NCBI GenBank assembly: GCA_012295275.1 | Contig: CM022677.1 | Coordinates: 4,092,001 to 4,156,000, forward strand | Source: Chrysomallon squamiferum | Lineage: Eukaryota; Animalia; Mollusca | Reading direction: 5' to 3' | DNA: 64,000 nt | Shown here: positions 1 through 12,959 of the stretch, piece after piece | Position numbering within the stretch: the stretch's first letter is position 1 | Layout: every line of letters starts with the position of its first letter | Notes under the pieces: model-generated | Database searches by the model: none | What the model saw: the letters and a program-made list of their open reading frames with translations, nothing else | Told to the model about the DNA's origin: nothing | Position numbers and translations under genes: made by a program

Positions 1-529
1 GTCGACCTATTCGATGACAGAAATTCAACAAATGGAGGTCGACCCATTCGACGACAGAGAAATTCAACAAATGGAGGTTGATCCATTGGACTACAGAGAC
101 AGTCAAACACTGGAGGTTGACCCATTCGACGACAGAGAAATTCAACCAATGGAGGTCGACCCATTCGACGACAGAGACATTCAACCAATGGAGGTCGACC
201 CATTGGACTACAGAGACAGTCAAACACTGGAGGTTGACCCATTCGACGACAGAGAAATTCAACCAATGGAGGTCGACCCATTCGACGACAGAGAAATTCA
301 ACAAATGGAGGTTGATCCATTCGATGACAGAGACATTCAACCAATGGACGTCGACGACAGAGACATTCAACCAATGGAGGTTGACCCCTTCGACGACAGA
401 GACATTCAACCACGGAGATTGACCCATTCGACGACAGAGACATTCAACCAATGGAGGTTGACCCATTCGACGACAGACATTCAACCAATGGACGTCGACC
501 CATTCGGGGAAACCATGGATACATCCTGA
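1..529 (+). repeat. 39-bp tandem repeat, open as (MEVDPFDDREIQP)n; possible low-complexity coding exon truncated by the window edge
   Basis: Unit gacagagaaattcaaccaatggaggtcgacccattcgac, about 13 copies, CpG-rich. The frame ends PFGETMDTS-TGA at 529 and is followed by a GT..AG intron-like segment at 537-674. Confidence 0.85.
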
Positions 530-778
530 GTATTAGGTATCATAATAAAATATGTTGAAACATTATTATTTTTCACAAATATTCTCTACTTTCATATTAG
601 ACACAGCTATACGGCGAATGATGTAAAGATAACATTATATAATAAATAAGCATTTTTCTTTTCTTCTTGTACAGGTGGATTTCTTTGTTCTCCCGATCGT
701 TCACGTCCAGTGCAAGGACACCGACGTCCATGGGCTCCACCCTCTTCCCGTGTATAGCGGGCCACGTGAAAAGCTCGA

Positions 779-928
779 CCTGGAGCTGACTGGAAGTGAA
801 AACCTGGAGCTGACTGGAAGTGAAAACCTGGAGCTGACTGGAAGTAAAAACCTGCAGCTGACTGGAAGTGAAAAGAACGACCTGGAGCTGACTGGAAGTG
901 AAAACCTGGAGCGGACTGGAAGTGAAAA
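779..928 (+). repeat. 24-bp tandem repeat (cctggagctgactggaagtgaaaa) in an exon-like block
   Basis: About 6 copies, downstream of a strong acceptor ttttcttttcttcttgtacag ending at 674. Confidence 0.85.
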
Positions 929-1302
929 GCAGCTCAAAGCATGAACTGGCAAAAACAACTGATGAACAGAAAAGTTGACAAAATGTTTCAAACATGAAAC
1001 ATCATAAATATGTAAATCATGCCAGTCATTTATATCTTGATCAGTGGTGGTTACAGCAAATTAAAGAAGTTTTTTCCTCTCAATGTTGCATTTATGAACA
1101 TATATTTAAAACAGTAACAATAATTCAGAAATGTTTTCCCAGGGATTTTCCTGTTTATATTCTAAGATGTCAACTATACAAGTTGGTGCCATGACTACAT
1201 GTGCAGGTTCCTCCAGACACTGTTGTTCTGTTATATTAGCAGTTATATAATCTGTTACATTAGCACTTCACATAACAGTCGGTATTGATAGTAATAGTCA
1301 TA

Positions 1303-1309
<7 letters not shown>

Positions 1310-1339
<30 letters not shown>

Positions 1340-1560
1340 TACACACACACACACCTATTATCTGAGTAGCAATTACCACTATTACTGATACACTCACTCA
1401 CTCACACACACACACACACATATTATCTGAGTAGTAGCAATTATCACTACTGCTGATATACACACACTAACTCATTCTCAGGAATATATAAATATATGTA
1501 AAGCTAAAGTTAGAAAATTAATTATGAAAGGCAGAAAAAGGCTCAGAGACAGAGTAAGAG
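1310..1560. repeat. (CA)n-containing dispersed repeat, same family as 62870-63700
   Basis: Shares tattatctgagtagtag.aatta and gtaaagct.aa.ttagaaaattaattat.aaaggcagaaa with 63500-63690. Confidence 0.75.
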
Positions 1561-1818
1561 AGATGTAGTTCTATCTATCAATCTATCTTTCTATCTAAAA
1601 ATGAAATTCAAGAAAACGAGAGTAAAAACAAAAAATAAACACAGGATAAAAAATACAAATTTTCGGGGAAAAGATTGTCAGATTTCATTCCAGAATTAAA
1701 ATAACATTTAAAAAAGTATTCTTATTACAATTATAAAATTTCATCATCATACAAAAAATACACCTAGACCAACAACCAGAAACAAACAAAAACAAATAAA
1801 GAACCAAAAAAAATATAC

Positions 1819-2523
1819 AGATTATCAGATAAATTAAGAACACTGATTGGATGTTTCTTATGTTTCAACATGGACTCCACAAACTGTGTTATTAACATCC
1901 GTAATCCAACTGGCTGAAAGCTTGAGCATTTAGCAGGATTTCTGACTGCTTGACAGACAGGGTCAAGTCTGCAACCTCCAACACTTAAAGCTGTCACATG
2001 ACTGGTAGAGTTTTTTTCTAAAATTAGACAGAGTAACCAGGAACTTGATTTATAAACTGAATATATATTTTAAGGAAGTTATTGGTTTTGGTGATATATG
2101 GACATATGTTTGTGTATGTGTCCCCATGTATACATTTATTTATATTCTTAATTCAGAAATAATCAAACTATATTAATTATTTAAAAAACATTTTAAAAAT
2201 TACAACAGGCAACAGTTACTTTTAATGAATCAAATGGTACTACTGACCACAAATGGCTTTCACTGCATCTGTACCAGGTGTTCTCAACCCATCTAAGTTA
2301 ATCAGTCAGCGACATCAACAAAGGAATTGTCCAAGAGTTTGAGATTTTATGCTTTTCTTAAACTGACATATTTCAAGTTTGTAAATTTCTCTGTGGCCAG
2401 TTTCTTTGATAGTCCATCAGCTTCATTAACACCGTACACCAGAACTTTGACTTGATTCATCTTGATAAAAATTAGAAAGAAAAAAAAGTGTCCTCTTTGA
2501 TATACATAACCTGATGCATATTT

Positions 2524-2604
<81 letters not shown>

Positions 2605-3243
2605 ATTATTTAAATATTATGAAAATGTATACAGAAAATTTACAATATTTTAAAAAAAATGTTTACTTTAATAAAAATAAAATAATTACCTGAAGTAAGT
2701 TTAACTAAATCGTCAATGACAGATACACAAAGATCAGGATTATTTCCAAAGTCCACATCTTTCCATGGAAAGCTTCTACCAGAAACTCAAACAGCTGGTA
2801 TGGTTAAACAACTGGAGTTCTGACTTAATTCATGCCAAGAATTTTTGTCCAGTTTGGATTCTGGAATACTTGAAATAAATGAAAAACAGTATTAACAAAC
2901 TTGGCAACTGTATCTTAACTATCAGCAGAAAAAGAAAAAGTTCAGAAAATATGATAGGATTTCATATCAGTGGAGCTATACTCTTAGCTCTGAAAATAAA
3001 TAAATAAATTAAATAAATAAATTAATAAATATAATATAATAGAAGGTTCATATCAGCAGATATCAAATTAAACAAGTATAAATAAATAAATAAATAAATA
3101 AGAAAGTTAGTAAATTAAAAAAACATATATAATGAAAAATTTAGATTTTTGAGTGTGTGCTAATGTTTCTTAGAGAGAAGTAAAGCAGGTTCTACATTTC
3201 TAACTCTGAATATTATAATAATTTATGAATGAAAAAGAGACAT

Positions 3244-3306
<63 letters not shown>

Positions 3307-3779
3307 TAAATAAAACGACATGACCAAAAAAAGAAGAAGAAGAAGAAAACTGAGAGTTTTCAGTTTTGTGTTTTCTTTAAGAGCTGGACTGACACAATGA
3401 GAGAAATAATCATTTCCTAGAGAATTACTCAACACATTATACAGTGCTAGAAACAAAACACTCAAGTTGTGCAGCAGTAGCAGCAGCAGAATTAGTAGTA
3501 GTAGTAGTAGTAGTAGTATTAACAGCTGCAGCAGAATTCATAGTGGCAATAGAAGCAGGAGTAGTAATAGTTGTAGTATTAATACTAGTAGTAGTATTAG
3601 TAGTAATAGTACTAGTAGAAGTAATAGTGGTAATAGTTGTAGTATTAGTAATTACTAATAGTAGTAATAGTGGTAATTACAGCAGTAACAGTGATTGTGA
3701 TAACTATGGTAGAATTAGCTTAGGTTGTATAGTACAAGTAGATACAATACATAGAGGTAGTAAATAACTGCAGACACCT

Positions 3780-3815
<36 letters not shown>

Positions 3816-4575
3816 ATGTAATAATAGTAGTAAAAGTAATATAATTAACGTGTAGTATAAGTAGCAAAATAGAAATAGCAGTGACAGACATAGAGGTAAA
3901 TAGATATATAATATAATAATAATTGGTAATAGCTTTAGTGTGTTGAAAGTCACTGTTAATAACTCTTTTTTTTTTCAGTAGTAGAATAACAGTAGTAACA
4001 GTGGTAATACCAGAACTAGCAATATTAGTAGATAACAGATAATACTGGATAATTACAAATACTAATTACTGCTACTAATAATAATAATAGTAATAACAAT
4101 AACAATGGCAGTAATAATATTAATAATAATAATGATGATGACAATACTACTAATAATAATATTAATAATAAGAAGAAGAAGATGAAGAAGAGAAGAAGAA
4201 AAGAAAATGAAAATTTGTTTTGACAATTATACATATATAAATATAAAATAATGTCTTGCTATTGGCATAAACATTATATTATGAATATGGAATCCTTTAA
4301 ACTGGTTTTATTATTATTATTATTGTTATTACTATTACTATTATTATTATTACTGTTATCATTATTACTAGTACTACTGCTACTACTACTACTACTACTA
4401 CTACTACTATTATTATTATTATTATTATAAAACATTTTATAACAGTTATAATTAAGATTACTCACAGCACTCTCAGTGTCTGTTTTGTTGGTGGTGAGGC
4501 TAAGGAAGATCACTGTTGTGTTAGAACACATTGCCAAACACACAGCTTGGAAAGCCTGGGGTCCAAAACTGTTTC
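1819..4575 (-). pseudogene. Degenerate leucine-rich-repeat (RI/NLR-like) gene fragment; exons about 4466-4575, 2690-2868, 2248-2460, 1819-2017
   Basis: AG..GT-bounded blocks translate to GNSFGPQAFQAVCLAMCSNTTVIFLSLTTNKTDTESA (RI-type LRR), ...PAV*VSGRSFPWKDVDFGNNPDL..., FTNLKYVSLRKA* / LINLDGLRTPGTDAVKAIC and HPISVLNLSDN. In-frame stops and frame changes occur. Assignment of all exons to one gene is inferred. Confidence 0.6.
3470..4420. repeat. Degenerate (AGT)n/(AAT)n/(ACT)n low-complexity tract
   Basis: Direct reading; source of the poly-V/S/L/N ORFs. Confidence 0.85.
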
Positions 4576-6480
4576 CTGATAAATTAAAAAAAATAATGAA
4601 AATACAGAACACTAAATTATTCAGGAGGTTGTAATTTTATATAAAATAATGAAAATGTTGATAATAATTAATGTGAATATTATGTAATTCAGTATGTTTA
4701 TATTTTAAATAAATTAAAAATAATAATAACATAAATAAATACATGATAGATATATACATACATTAAGCAGAAAGAAGTTAGAAAGATTTATAAATAAATA
4801 AAAATAAATAAAATAGAAACAATCAACTGTCTACTAAAACTTCACTTTTAAGAGCATATTTATAAAACAAAAAAGAAAAAAGAAAAATTCTTCTCACAAC
4901 TGAAGAAGAAACATGAAGAAGAAATATAACACTAAAACAAGCTTATAAAAAATAAATAATTGTAATAATAAATAAAGAATAAAATAAAATAATTTGAATT
5001 ATTAGAATGTAGAAAAATAACTAGAAAGATGGGCAATGCAGTTAAGAGATTGAAAATATTAATACTATAAATAAATAAATAAATAAATATTATATTAAAA
5101 TTATAATAATAATATAAATACATATACATACATACATTTATTAATAAGAATTTTTTTTAATTTTTTAAATAAAATGAGCAGAAGAACAAAAATCAAAAAA
5201 AAGAAAAGAAATTAAAATGATAAAAGAAAGAGACTGAAGAAAATAACAAGAATACAAATGGTCAATAGCTTAAAAAAAAAAATAAAAAAAAAATGTATAA
5301 GAAATAAATAATAAAAATCATTAAAATAAAAATTAAGAATTTAAAATATGAAAACAGAAAAAGAAAGAAGAATAAGAACCATGAACAGAAACTGGGAGAC
5401 TGGAAAATAATAATTAAATGGTATATTACAAAAATTTTGCTTATCAATAAAATAACTGAAAATAAATACAGACAAAAGGAACAGACAAGAAGAAAAAGAA
5501 GAATATGAGGAAACTGTAATGTAGAAAAATAACAAGAAACAATAATCAGGGTAAATAGATTAAAATAATAAACAATAAAATAGCTTTAAAGATAACACAA
5601 AAATGAAAACAAATAAAAATAATATGAAGAAATATGAATAAACACAGGAATAAGAAGAAACAAGAAGACAGAAGAATTAAGATAGTATATGTATATATCC
5701 ACACATACACACACAGATACATATTTAAAATACATAAAGCAAATAAATTAAATGAATAAGTTATAGATAAAAGAAAGAAAAATAATAAAATGTCATAAAA
5801 TAAAATATTACTGAAACAGTAACAAAATGAAGAAATAATACAAATTACAAAAACCAAATGAAAAACATTTAAAATAAAAAATGAAATGATGATGATGACA
5901 TGTTTATTATTATTATCAATACCAAATTTAAATAATAATAATAATAATAATAATAATGATAATGCTGACAATGATAATAATAATAATTAAAAATTATTTT
6001 AAAAACTGTTACTGAAATATAGATAAGGTAATCTGCGTTCTTCTGTATGTTTGACAACAACAACTCTATTAAACGGCTAATGACAGTCAATTTAAGAAAC
6101 AACAGCATTGTAAACAAATATAACTTTAGATGGTCAGTAGTCAAATATAAAATAACTGTAATTAGCATGGACCAATAAGAACGATAATAATATCTGAAAT
6201 TTTTTAAAAATAATCGAAGTTTTTACTAAGTTTAAATCTCTTTATATTTATACTAGACATAATAACAACTTGTTTCGAGATCGGTAATGTCCAATATCTC
6301 TGTTAAGAATTCAGTTAACGTCATTATGAGTGGATAAAATATATAAACTTAGATACTATACAATGCAGAAGCTGGCTCCTACATTTTACTTTCCATCCAA
6401 ATACAATTAGTTTTGGTTTCTCTTATTATTTTTCAAGTTACAAACTTGTTCAGACATCTTCGTATCTTGTTATTATTCAG

Positions 6481-6698
6481 AGTTACTTCCCTGGACCGAC
6501 AAGTACTGTACCTGATTCAGAGTGGTACCAATGCACCCAGGTCCCTGTCCCCTACTTCAGCATCACAAAAATCTATTTTCCAGAGAATGGATACAAGAGA
6601 CTATTGATGATATGAATCAACTGTCTGGTGTCAAGTAATGTCAGGCCTGTGTTAGAATGTTTTCAGAAACCTCTCAACAGTGGCAGGGTATGTTTTAT

Positions 6699-6758
<60 letters not shown>

Positions 6759-7497
6759 CATATTGCATGAATGATAATAAGCAAAGAAAATTGCATTTAT
6801 CAGACATGTAGATTGATTAAAAAAAAAAAAAAAGAAAAGAAACATGTTCATGTTGGAATTTCTAAAAGCTTGCCATTGATGTTAAATATTTTATTGTAGG
6901 TCATGGCAGTATTGTTTAGGTGCTGTTTAGAAAGGGAATTTACATTATGGAGAAGGATGAATCAGCTGTACACACACTGCAGATTTCCCAATTCCAAGTT
7001 GTAAATGTTTATCTTTTTTTAATTTCTTAGCGAGTAAAATAGGTTTTATAGTAACAACTCTTTACTGATTGTAAAATAGCATAATAACAATCATTTATTT
7101 GCTATTGTTTTGTTAATTATTTAAATTATTATCATTATTATCATTATCATCATTATCATTATAATGATTATACAAAGTATATAAAAAATATCCCACACCC
7201 CTTTGTGTCTGAATAATCCAGTAACTGGTACCAGTAAAATTTAAATTTTAATAATAACAGAAACATTAGTTATTTATTTATGACACTTTATTATTTTTAT
7301 TATTTTATTTGTATTTTTATTTTCAGAATGCACATACAGCTCTGATTGATTTGCTGATATTGCCTAGTGAAGTTGTTTCAGTAGAAGGTGCTGTCCAGCA
7401 CTGAGGATAAAGTTTGTACTGCTGCCACTGGAAAGAAAACCTGAACCTGTTAATTTGAGTTTGTTTCCTTATGTATTTCTGATTATTCTAAACCCCT

Positions 7498-7590
<93 letters not shown>

Positions 7591-9027
7591 AGATGCATAT
7601 ATAACTACAAAGGTAAATAAATAAATTATTGTTGTTTTTCAGAAACTGCTCTGTACACAAGAAGAGCTAATTCTGTGAGCTCACAACAGGAGAGAAATGT
7701 CATCAATGAATGTGGCAGAACAGGAACATCTGTAGAGGTTGTTTTTATAGTAGTAGTGTAGTCTTTGCCATTGTTGTAGTAATGTAGTTGTTACAGCCTT
7801 AGTACTTGTAGCATTATTATTAATGCTACTTGTTGCATAATGCTGTAACAATCACATTATTATTAATGCTACTTGTTGTATAATGCTGTAACAATTACAT
7901 TATTATTAATGCTACTTGTTGCATAATGCTGTAACAATTACATTATTATTAATGCTACTTGTTGTATAATGCTGTAACAATTACATTATTATTAATGCTA
8001 CTTGTTGTATAATGCTGTAACAATTACATTATTATTAATGCTACTTGTTGTATAATGCTGTAACAATTACATTATTATTAATGCTACTTGTTGTATAATG
8101 CTGTAACAATTACATTATTATTAATGCTACTTGTTGTATAATGCTGTAACAATTACATTATTATTAATGCTACTTGTTGTATAATGCTGTAACAATTACA
8201 TTATTATTAATGCTACTTGTTGTATAATGCTGTAGAATTGATCTTAATGATGTTTTAATGCTGTAGAATTGATCTTAATGATGCTATCTCCTTAGCTTTG
8301 TAATAGTAATGTATCTTGTGAGACTAAAGGTGATTAAAAAAACTGTTGTAGTCAAATTACTGGTTGTAGATGTGGTAGTACTAGTAGTAGCAGTACTGAT
8401 AGTAGTTGTTTTTAGAGAAATTGTGTAACAAGAAGAGTAGTGTAACAGCAGTGATAGTAGTAGTAACAGTAGTCATAGTTGTGGTTGTAGTAATTATAAT
8501 AATCTTAGCAAAAAGAAATTCAGGCATAGAAGTAACAGTGAAGACAGTAATAAATATCACTATTATTATTAATGGATGGTAATTTTAGTAATAGGAGTAT
8601 TATTTCAATAACAGTAACTGTAGTTGAATAAGGAATAACAGGAAATATTAGTTATAGTAATAATGATAACAAAAGTAGTGTTGCAGTAAATGTAGTAGTA
8701 GCAGTTTTTTATTTATGTTTTATACAGTATTTTATTTATTTATTTATTTGAGCCAGTCCACCCACCAATCACACTGACCAGTGAGTCGTCCAGTCTCTAG
8801 TCCAACGTCAGCATCGACTCAGTTGTGTGAATTGTGGTGACGTGAACATTGAAGCCGACCACCTCAGAGACAACAATTCTTAAGTTGGAGTCTTCCACCA
8901 GGTCACCAATCTCAACAGTCAAATATCAGGAAGAAAAAACTTGAAAAACTTGAACATGCTAAAACCAGCCAAAGAAAGACATGTGCATGACAGTGGCAAA
9001 GACAAAAGCCTGGAAATTGAGCAGCAG
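6481..9027 (+). pseudogene. Series of decayed exon-like blocks of an unidentified gene (about 6481-6635, 6900-7000, 7327-7450, 7643-7737, 8750-9027)
   Basis: Higher-GC blocks, most after polypyrimidine-AG acceptors and ending at GT. Partial open frames such as TALYTRRANSVSSQQERNVINECGRTGTSVE and HQVTNLNSQISGRKNLKNLNMLKPAKERHVHDSGKDKSLEIEQQ. Stops in other blocks. Confidence 0.35.
7812..8235 (+). repeat. 43-bp minisatellite, about 10 copies
   Basis: Unit ttacattattattaatgctacttgttgtataatgctgtaacaa; gctact recurs at 7825, 7868, 7911 and onward. Confidence 0.95.
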
Positions 9028-9849
9028 GTGACTTAGTAACTTCCATTAGCATTGTTTTATTTCTTTTTTCTTATATTTGTCTTACATGTGTACTAGCAGT
9101 AATCAAAACAGTTTTGTTTCTAACTCACAAAATTACATGGCTTAAGGAATGATTTGAAATCAGTTCATAAAGAAAAACAGATCTACTTTTATTAATTTTG
9201 TTAAAGGTGTTTCTAATGAAAAATCCTACTTTAACTTTAATTATGTGATTCAAATTCATCTTTATTTTATCATATGCATGTGTAATGTTGTCTTTGTTTT
9301 AAATACATTTTAAAATATTCCTTAATAATCATTATTGTAACTATTACCTGAATCCATAGGATAATTGTGGTTTATTCATAAGACAAAATATATTTCATTA
9401 GTGGTAAAAATTAAATTGCATTAAAGTGGCAGTAAAGATGTTTTTATTAATCAAATAATTTGTTATTAATGATGTAACTATAACGGTTGTTAAAGGTCAA
9501 TTAATGATTGTCAGAATAATTTCAAATGTGTTTTCATCATGATAGTATATTAGTATTTCCAGCAGAATCAGTATTAGAAGACCATTTTCTTACTGACTAA
9601 TGTAATACGATATAGGTTTAAAATGTTTATTTACTTAATATTTCTGGCAGTCATCGTAAACTAGACTAAAAGTCTAAAAGACAGTGTAAATATCAAATTT
9701 TACCAAGTTACAGAAGTATTCAAATCTATTAAAAAAAAAATTCTTAATATCTTTTATTGATGTATTGCTGCTTAATCCTTTTATATAAAAGTTAAAAAAA
9801 AAAGAAAGAAACAATTATTATTATTAAAATTATATGGAAAAAATAAAAT

Positions 9850-11240
9850 AATGGACTAAAATTCTTGTTGCTAAGTCAGTGAAATATTTTGTTGTAGGAT
9901 CCTAGACAACAGATTCAAGGTGTGCCACAGCCAGCAGTTCAGTTGAAAATGTTGTAAGACCCATTTTCAGAAAAGGTTCACTAAAGCACAAGAATGCTAT
10001 TACATCACAGTCTTCCCTGTCCAGAGAAAGCTCAACACTTTCAAGAGAAAATCTGTCTGAAATGTAATTTGAATTTCAAAAACTCAGTGATCTCCAAGAG
10101 ACTGCATTGTCAATGTGATGAGAACATCCAGTGTGTACACATTGTACTTCATAGCAGCTTGCACTGTTTTTATCATTGATGTGTGCTTGGTTATTCTAAT
10201 TTTTCTCACTGAAAGAGGAATGGAGATTCATCATTGCTACGGAATGCCATCTTTGTAAATAAGCTAAAATCTGTGTCATAGTTAACTTTTTTAATCTAAT
10301 TTTTATATTATTTAAATCAGGATAAATCAAGGGTTTGCTGGGGTAATCATTGTCTAAATATATTTAAAACTATGTAATTAGAGGTATTTCAAGCTTTTAT
10401 TAAAACAGAATAAAACAACATTGTTTCTTTATATTATTTAAATCAGGGTAAAATCAGTGGTTTGCTGGGGATAATCAATGTAAATATAATTGAAAATTAT
10501 GTCATATGGGGTAATTAGATTTTTTTATACAAAAAAAACAAACAAAAACATGTTTTTCTCTTTATATTTAAACATGGGAAAATCAAGGGTTTGATGGGGT
10601 AATCAATGTAAAAATAATTGAAGATTATGTAATTCATGTAATTATAATTTTTTATAAAAAAATTGGGGAAAAAAATCTTTATATCGGGGGAAATCAAGGG
10701 TTTGTAGGGGGTAATCATTCTGTAAATATATTTAAAATTATGTAATTAGGGGGGTAATAATATATATATATATATTATATAACTCTCCCCAAAAAGTTTT
10801 AAAAAAACCATTATTTCTTCTTAACTTTTTTAAATCCTGACACCTACAAAATCTAAAAAACAGTAATTAGAATGAAAAAAATCATGTTGAAATTTCTTAA
10901 CATTAAAAATGTTATGGCACATTCAAATATTTTAAAACAAAAATAAATAAATAAAGACTAGTTTTTGTCTGTTTTTAGTTTTATTATTTATATACTGATC
11001 AACATCTTCGGTATTTGATGTCAACCAGCAAAAGATAATCTGATTTAATCATTATTTTTTATATATACATTTTGTTCGATTTTACAAAAACAAATAATTA
11101 AAGCACTAGAATGAACACTAATCAACAAAAATGGCATTCTGTACATCTCTCTCTCTCTCTGGATCTCCCTCTACTCAGTCTTTTTTGGTTATTTACAAAC
11201 TCGATAAATAGAGTTATTTCCCTTAGACCATTAATAGATG
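9850..11240 (+). repeat. Dispersed repeat family A, copy 1 (inverted relative to the copies at 31440-34105 and 58042-60150)
   Basis: 10119-10240 is the near-exact reverse complement of 32885-33005 and 58800-58915. 10840-11240 matches 31440-31890 inverted. Contains degenerate ggggtaat..gatttaaa subrepeats. Confidence 0.9.
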
Positions 11241-11982
11241 CTATTTCATAAGTTCGGTTTAGGCGACTGGGATGTTAGAAATATTATGGTTATTCGCCCC
11301 AAAAAATATTATTTGGGTGACCTGTTTTTTTCTAAAAGTTAGAACACAAGATAATAATTTTATAATAATTTTATCGAAATATTTATTTCACATAAAACGA
11401 GTGCCCATAGTTCCGTAAGTTGGACGTATCGGCTTACATAATTTGTTAACATCTATTTATAAACACTACTTTAAAGGATTATCGGTTGGTTAACGGAACA
11501 AGTTATCATAGGAGATAGCGCTGTAACTAATTGTTTGCTGTTGTTTTTCCTTTTCAATTCCACCTTTAATTGGCCAAAGTGAAGCCAACGAACAAATTTA
11601 GCGAACTTTTAGAGCGTCACGTCAATAATTATCGGTTGGTTAACGGAACAAGTTATCATCGAAGATAACTCTATTTCCTATTGTTTTTCGTTTTCAATTC
11701 CGGTGGGATTACTTATCCTGAATAAATAAAAATAAAAATAAAAAATAAAAATAAAAATAAAAATAAAAAAAAATAAAAATAAAAATAAAAATAAAAATAA
11801 AAATAAAAGAAAAAAAGAAATAAAGAAAAAATATTAAAAAGAAAAGTTGAACACCTGCATATTTTATAGAGGAAAGTCATGGATTTTCTTATTTTTGTCA
11901 CACGCTAAACTTTACTCACTGTCATTTCATGTTGCTTTCCTTTAATTTTTCTTTTGAAAAATCCAAGCATATAATACTATAA

Positions 11983-12023
<41 letters not shown>

Positions 12024-12671
12024 ATTCCATTTTTGTCAAGGTTTGTTTGAAAATGTCTTACTAGCTGATTTGTATAACTAGGACTAAATTTTTGTGGCTA
12101 TTTTAATTAATAAAGAATTTTCTTATTTCATTTTAGATGTTGACAAATTAAGGTAAGCCGATACTTTCAATTTATCGAGCTACGAACAAATATTTATTAT
12201 ACAATTATTAATAGTGGCTCTTGTGTTATACCTTATAGAAAAAGTAAGTTTTTCTAGAGTAATATTATTTATTCGTGTTAGAGACTTTTATAGAATTAAA
12301 TTTGGAAATCAGAAAATTTTAAGAGTTAAATCAATTGTAAAAAATTTACCTGGATAAACAAGGCTCATTAAAATGATTTTTATAAAAAAGAAATTTGTAT
12401 CATCTGAATTAGGACAGTTATTTCAAATAATGTATAAGTATTATAAGAATTCAGATTTTTTTGTTTCTTTTGCTGCTGAAAAAAAATTAATTCAAAGCAT
12501 TCCAATGAAGAAAGCAGAGAGAACTAGTATGGGTTTTTTCATTAGTATTTTTCCTATTTAAGCAGCAATTAATTTGTAATTTCTCCATAATTTTTATAGA
12601 GTAAATTTGAATGTGTGTGTGTGTGGGTGGGTTACTGGTGTCTCCTTGTATATTTTATTGTTTTTTTACAG

Positions 12672-12945
12672 CATTAGTCAGAACAAACTCACAGTTTTAT
12701 TGAAGCATTGCAGACTGAATGGTAACTCCGAGAGAGAAAAGAAATCGGGCAGAAGAAAACCACACACTTTTACATGTGAAGACAGAGAATGAATAATTCA
12801 ATTTCTGCAGCATTTTCCTCAAGATTATGACTAATTTTGTCCGAGTCAGTTGCAGGATTCAAAGGGAGAACCAGTTTACTTCCTTGTGTCAAGAAAATGT
12901 GGAACTTTTAAAACATGTTCTGAAACTGTGTGTCAGCAAATCTGT
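12672..12945 (+). mobile_element. Internally deleted Sola-like/DUF7869-type transposase fragment (copy 2)
   Basis: Acceptor tttttttacag then ISQNKLTVLLKHCRLNG..REKKSGRRK..IIQFLQHF..VAGFK joined to EPVYFLVSRKCGTF. Homologous to 43584-43859 and to about 41660-41700 on the minus strand. Confidence 0.75.
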
Positions 12946-12959
12946 CAGTTGGCGAGTCA

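Noticed and set aside
3223-6168. Hydrophobic poly-L/V/I/F ORFs resembling membrane proteins
   Set aside because: They derive from trinucleotide and A-rich low-complexity DNA; only 4466-4575 looks like a real exon.
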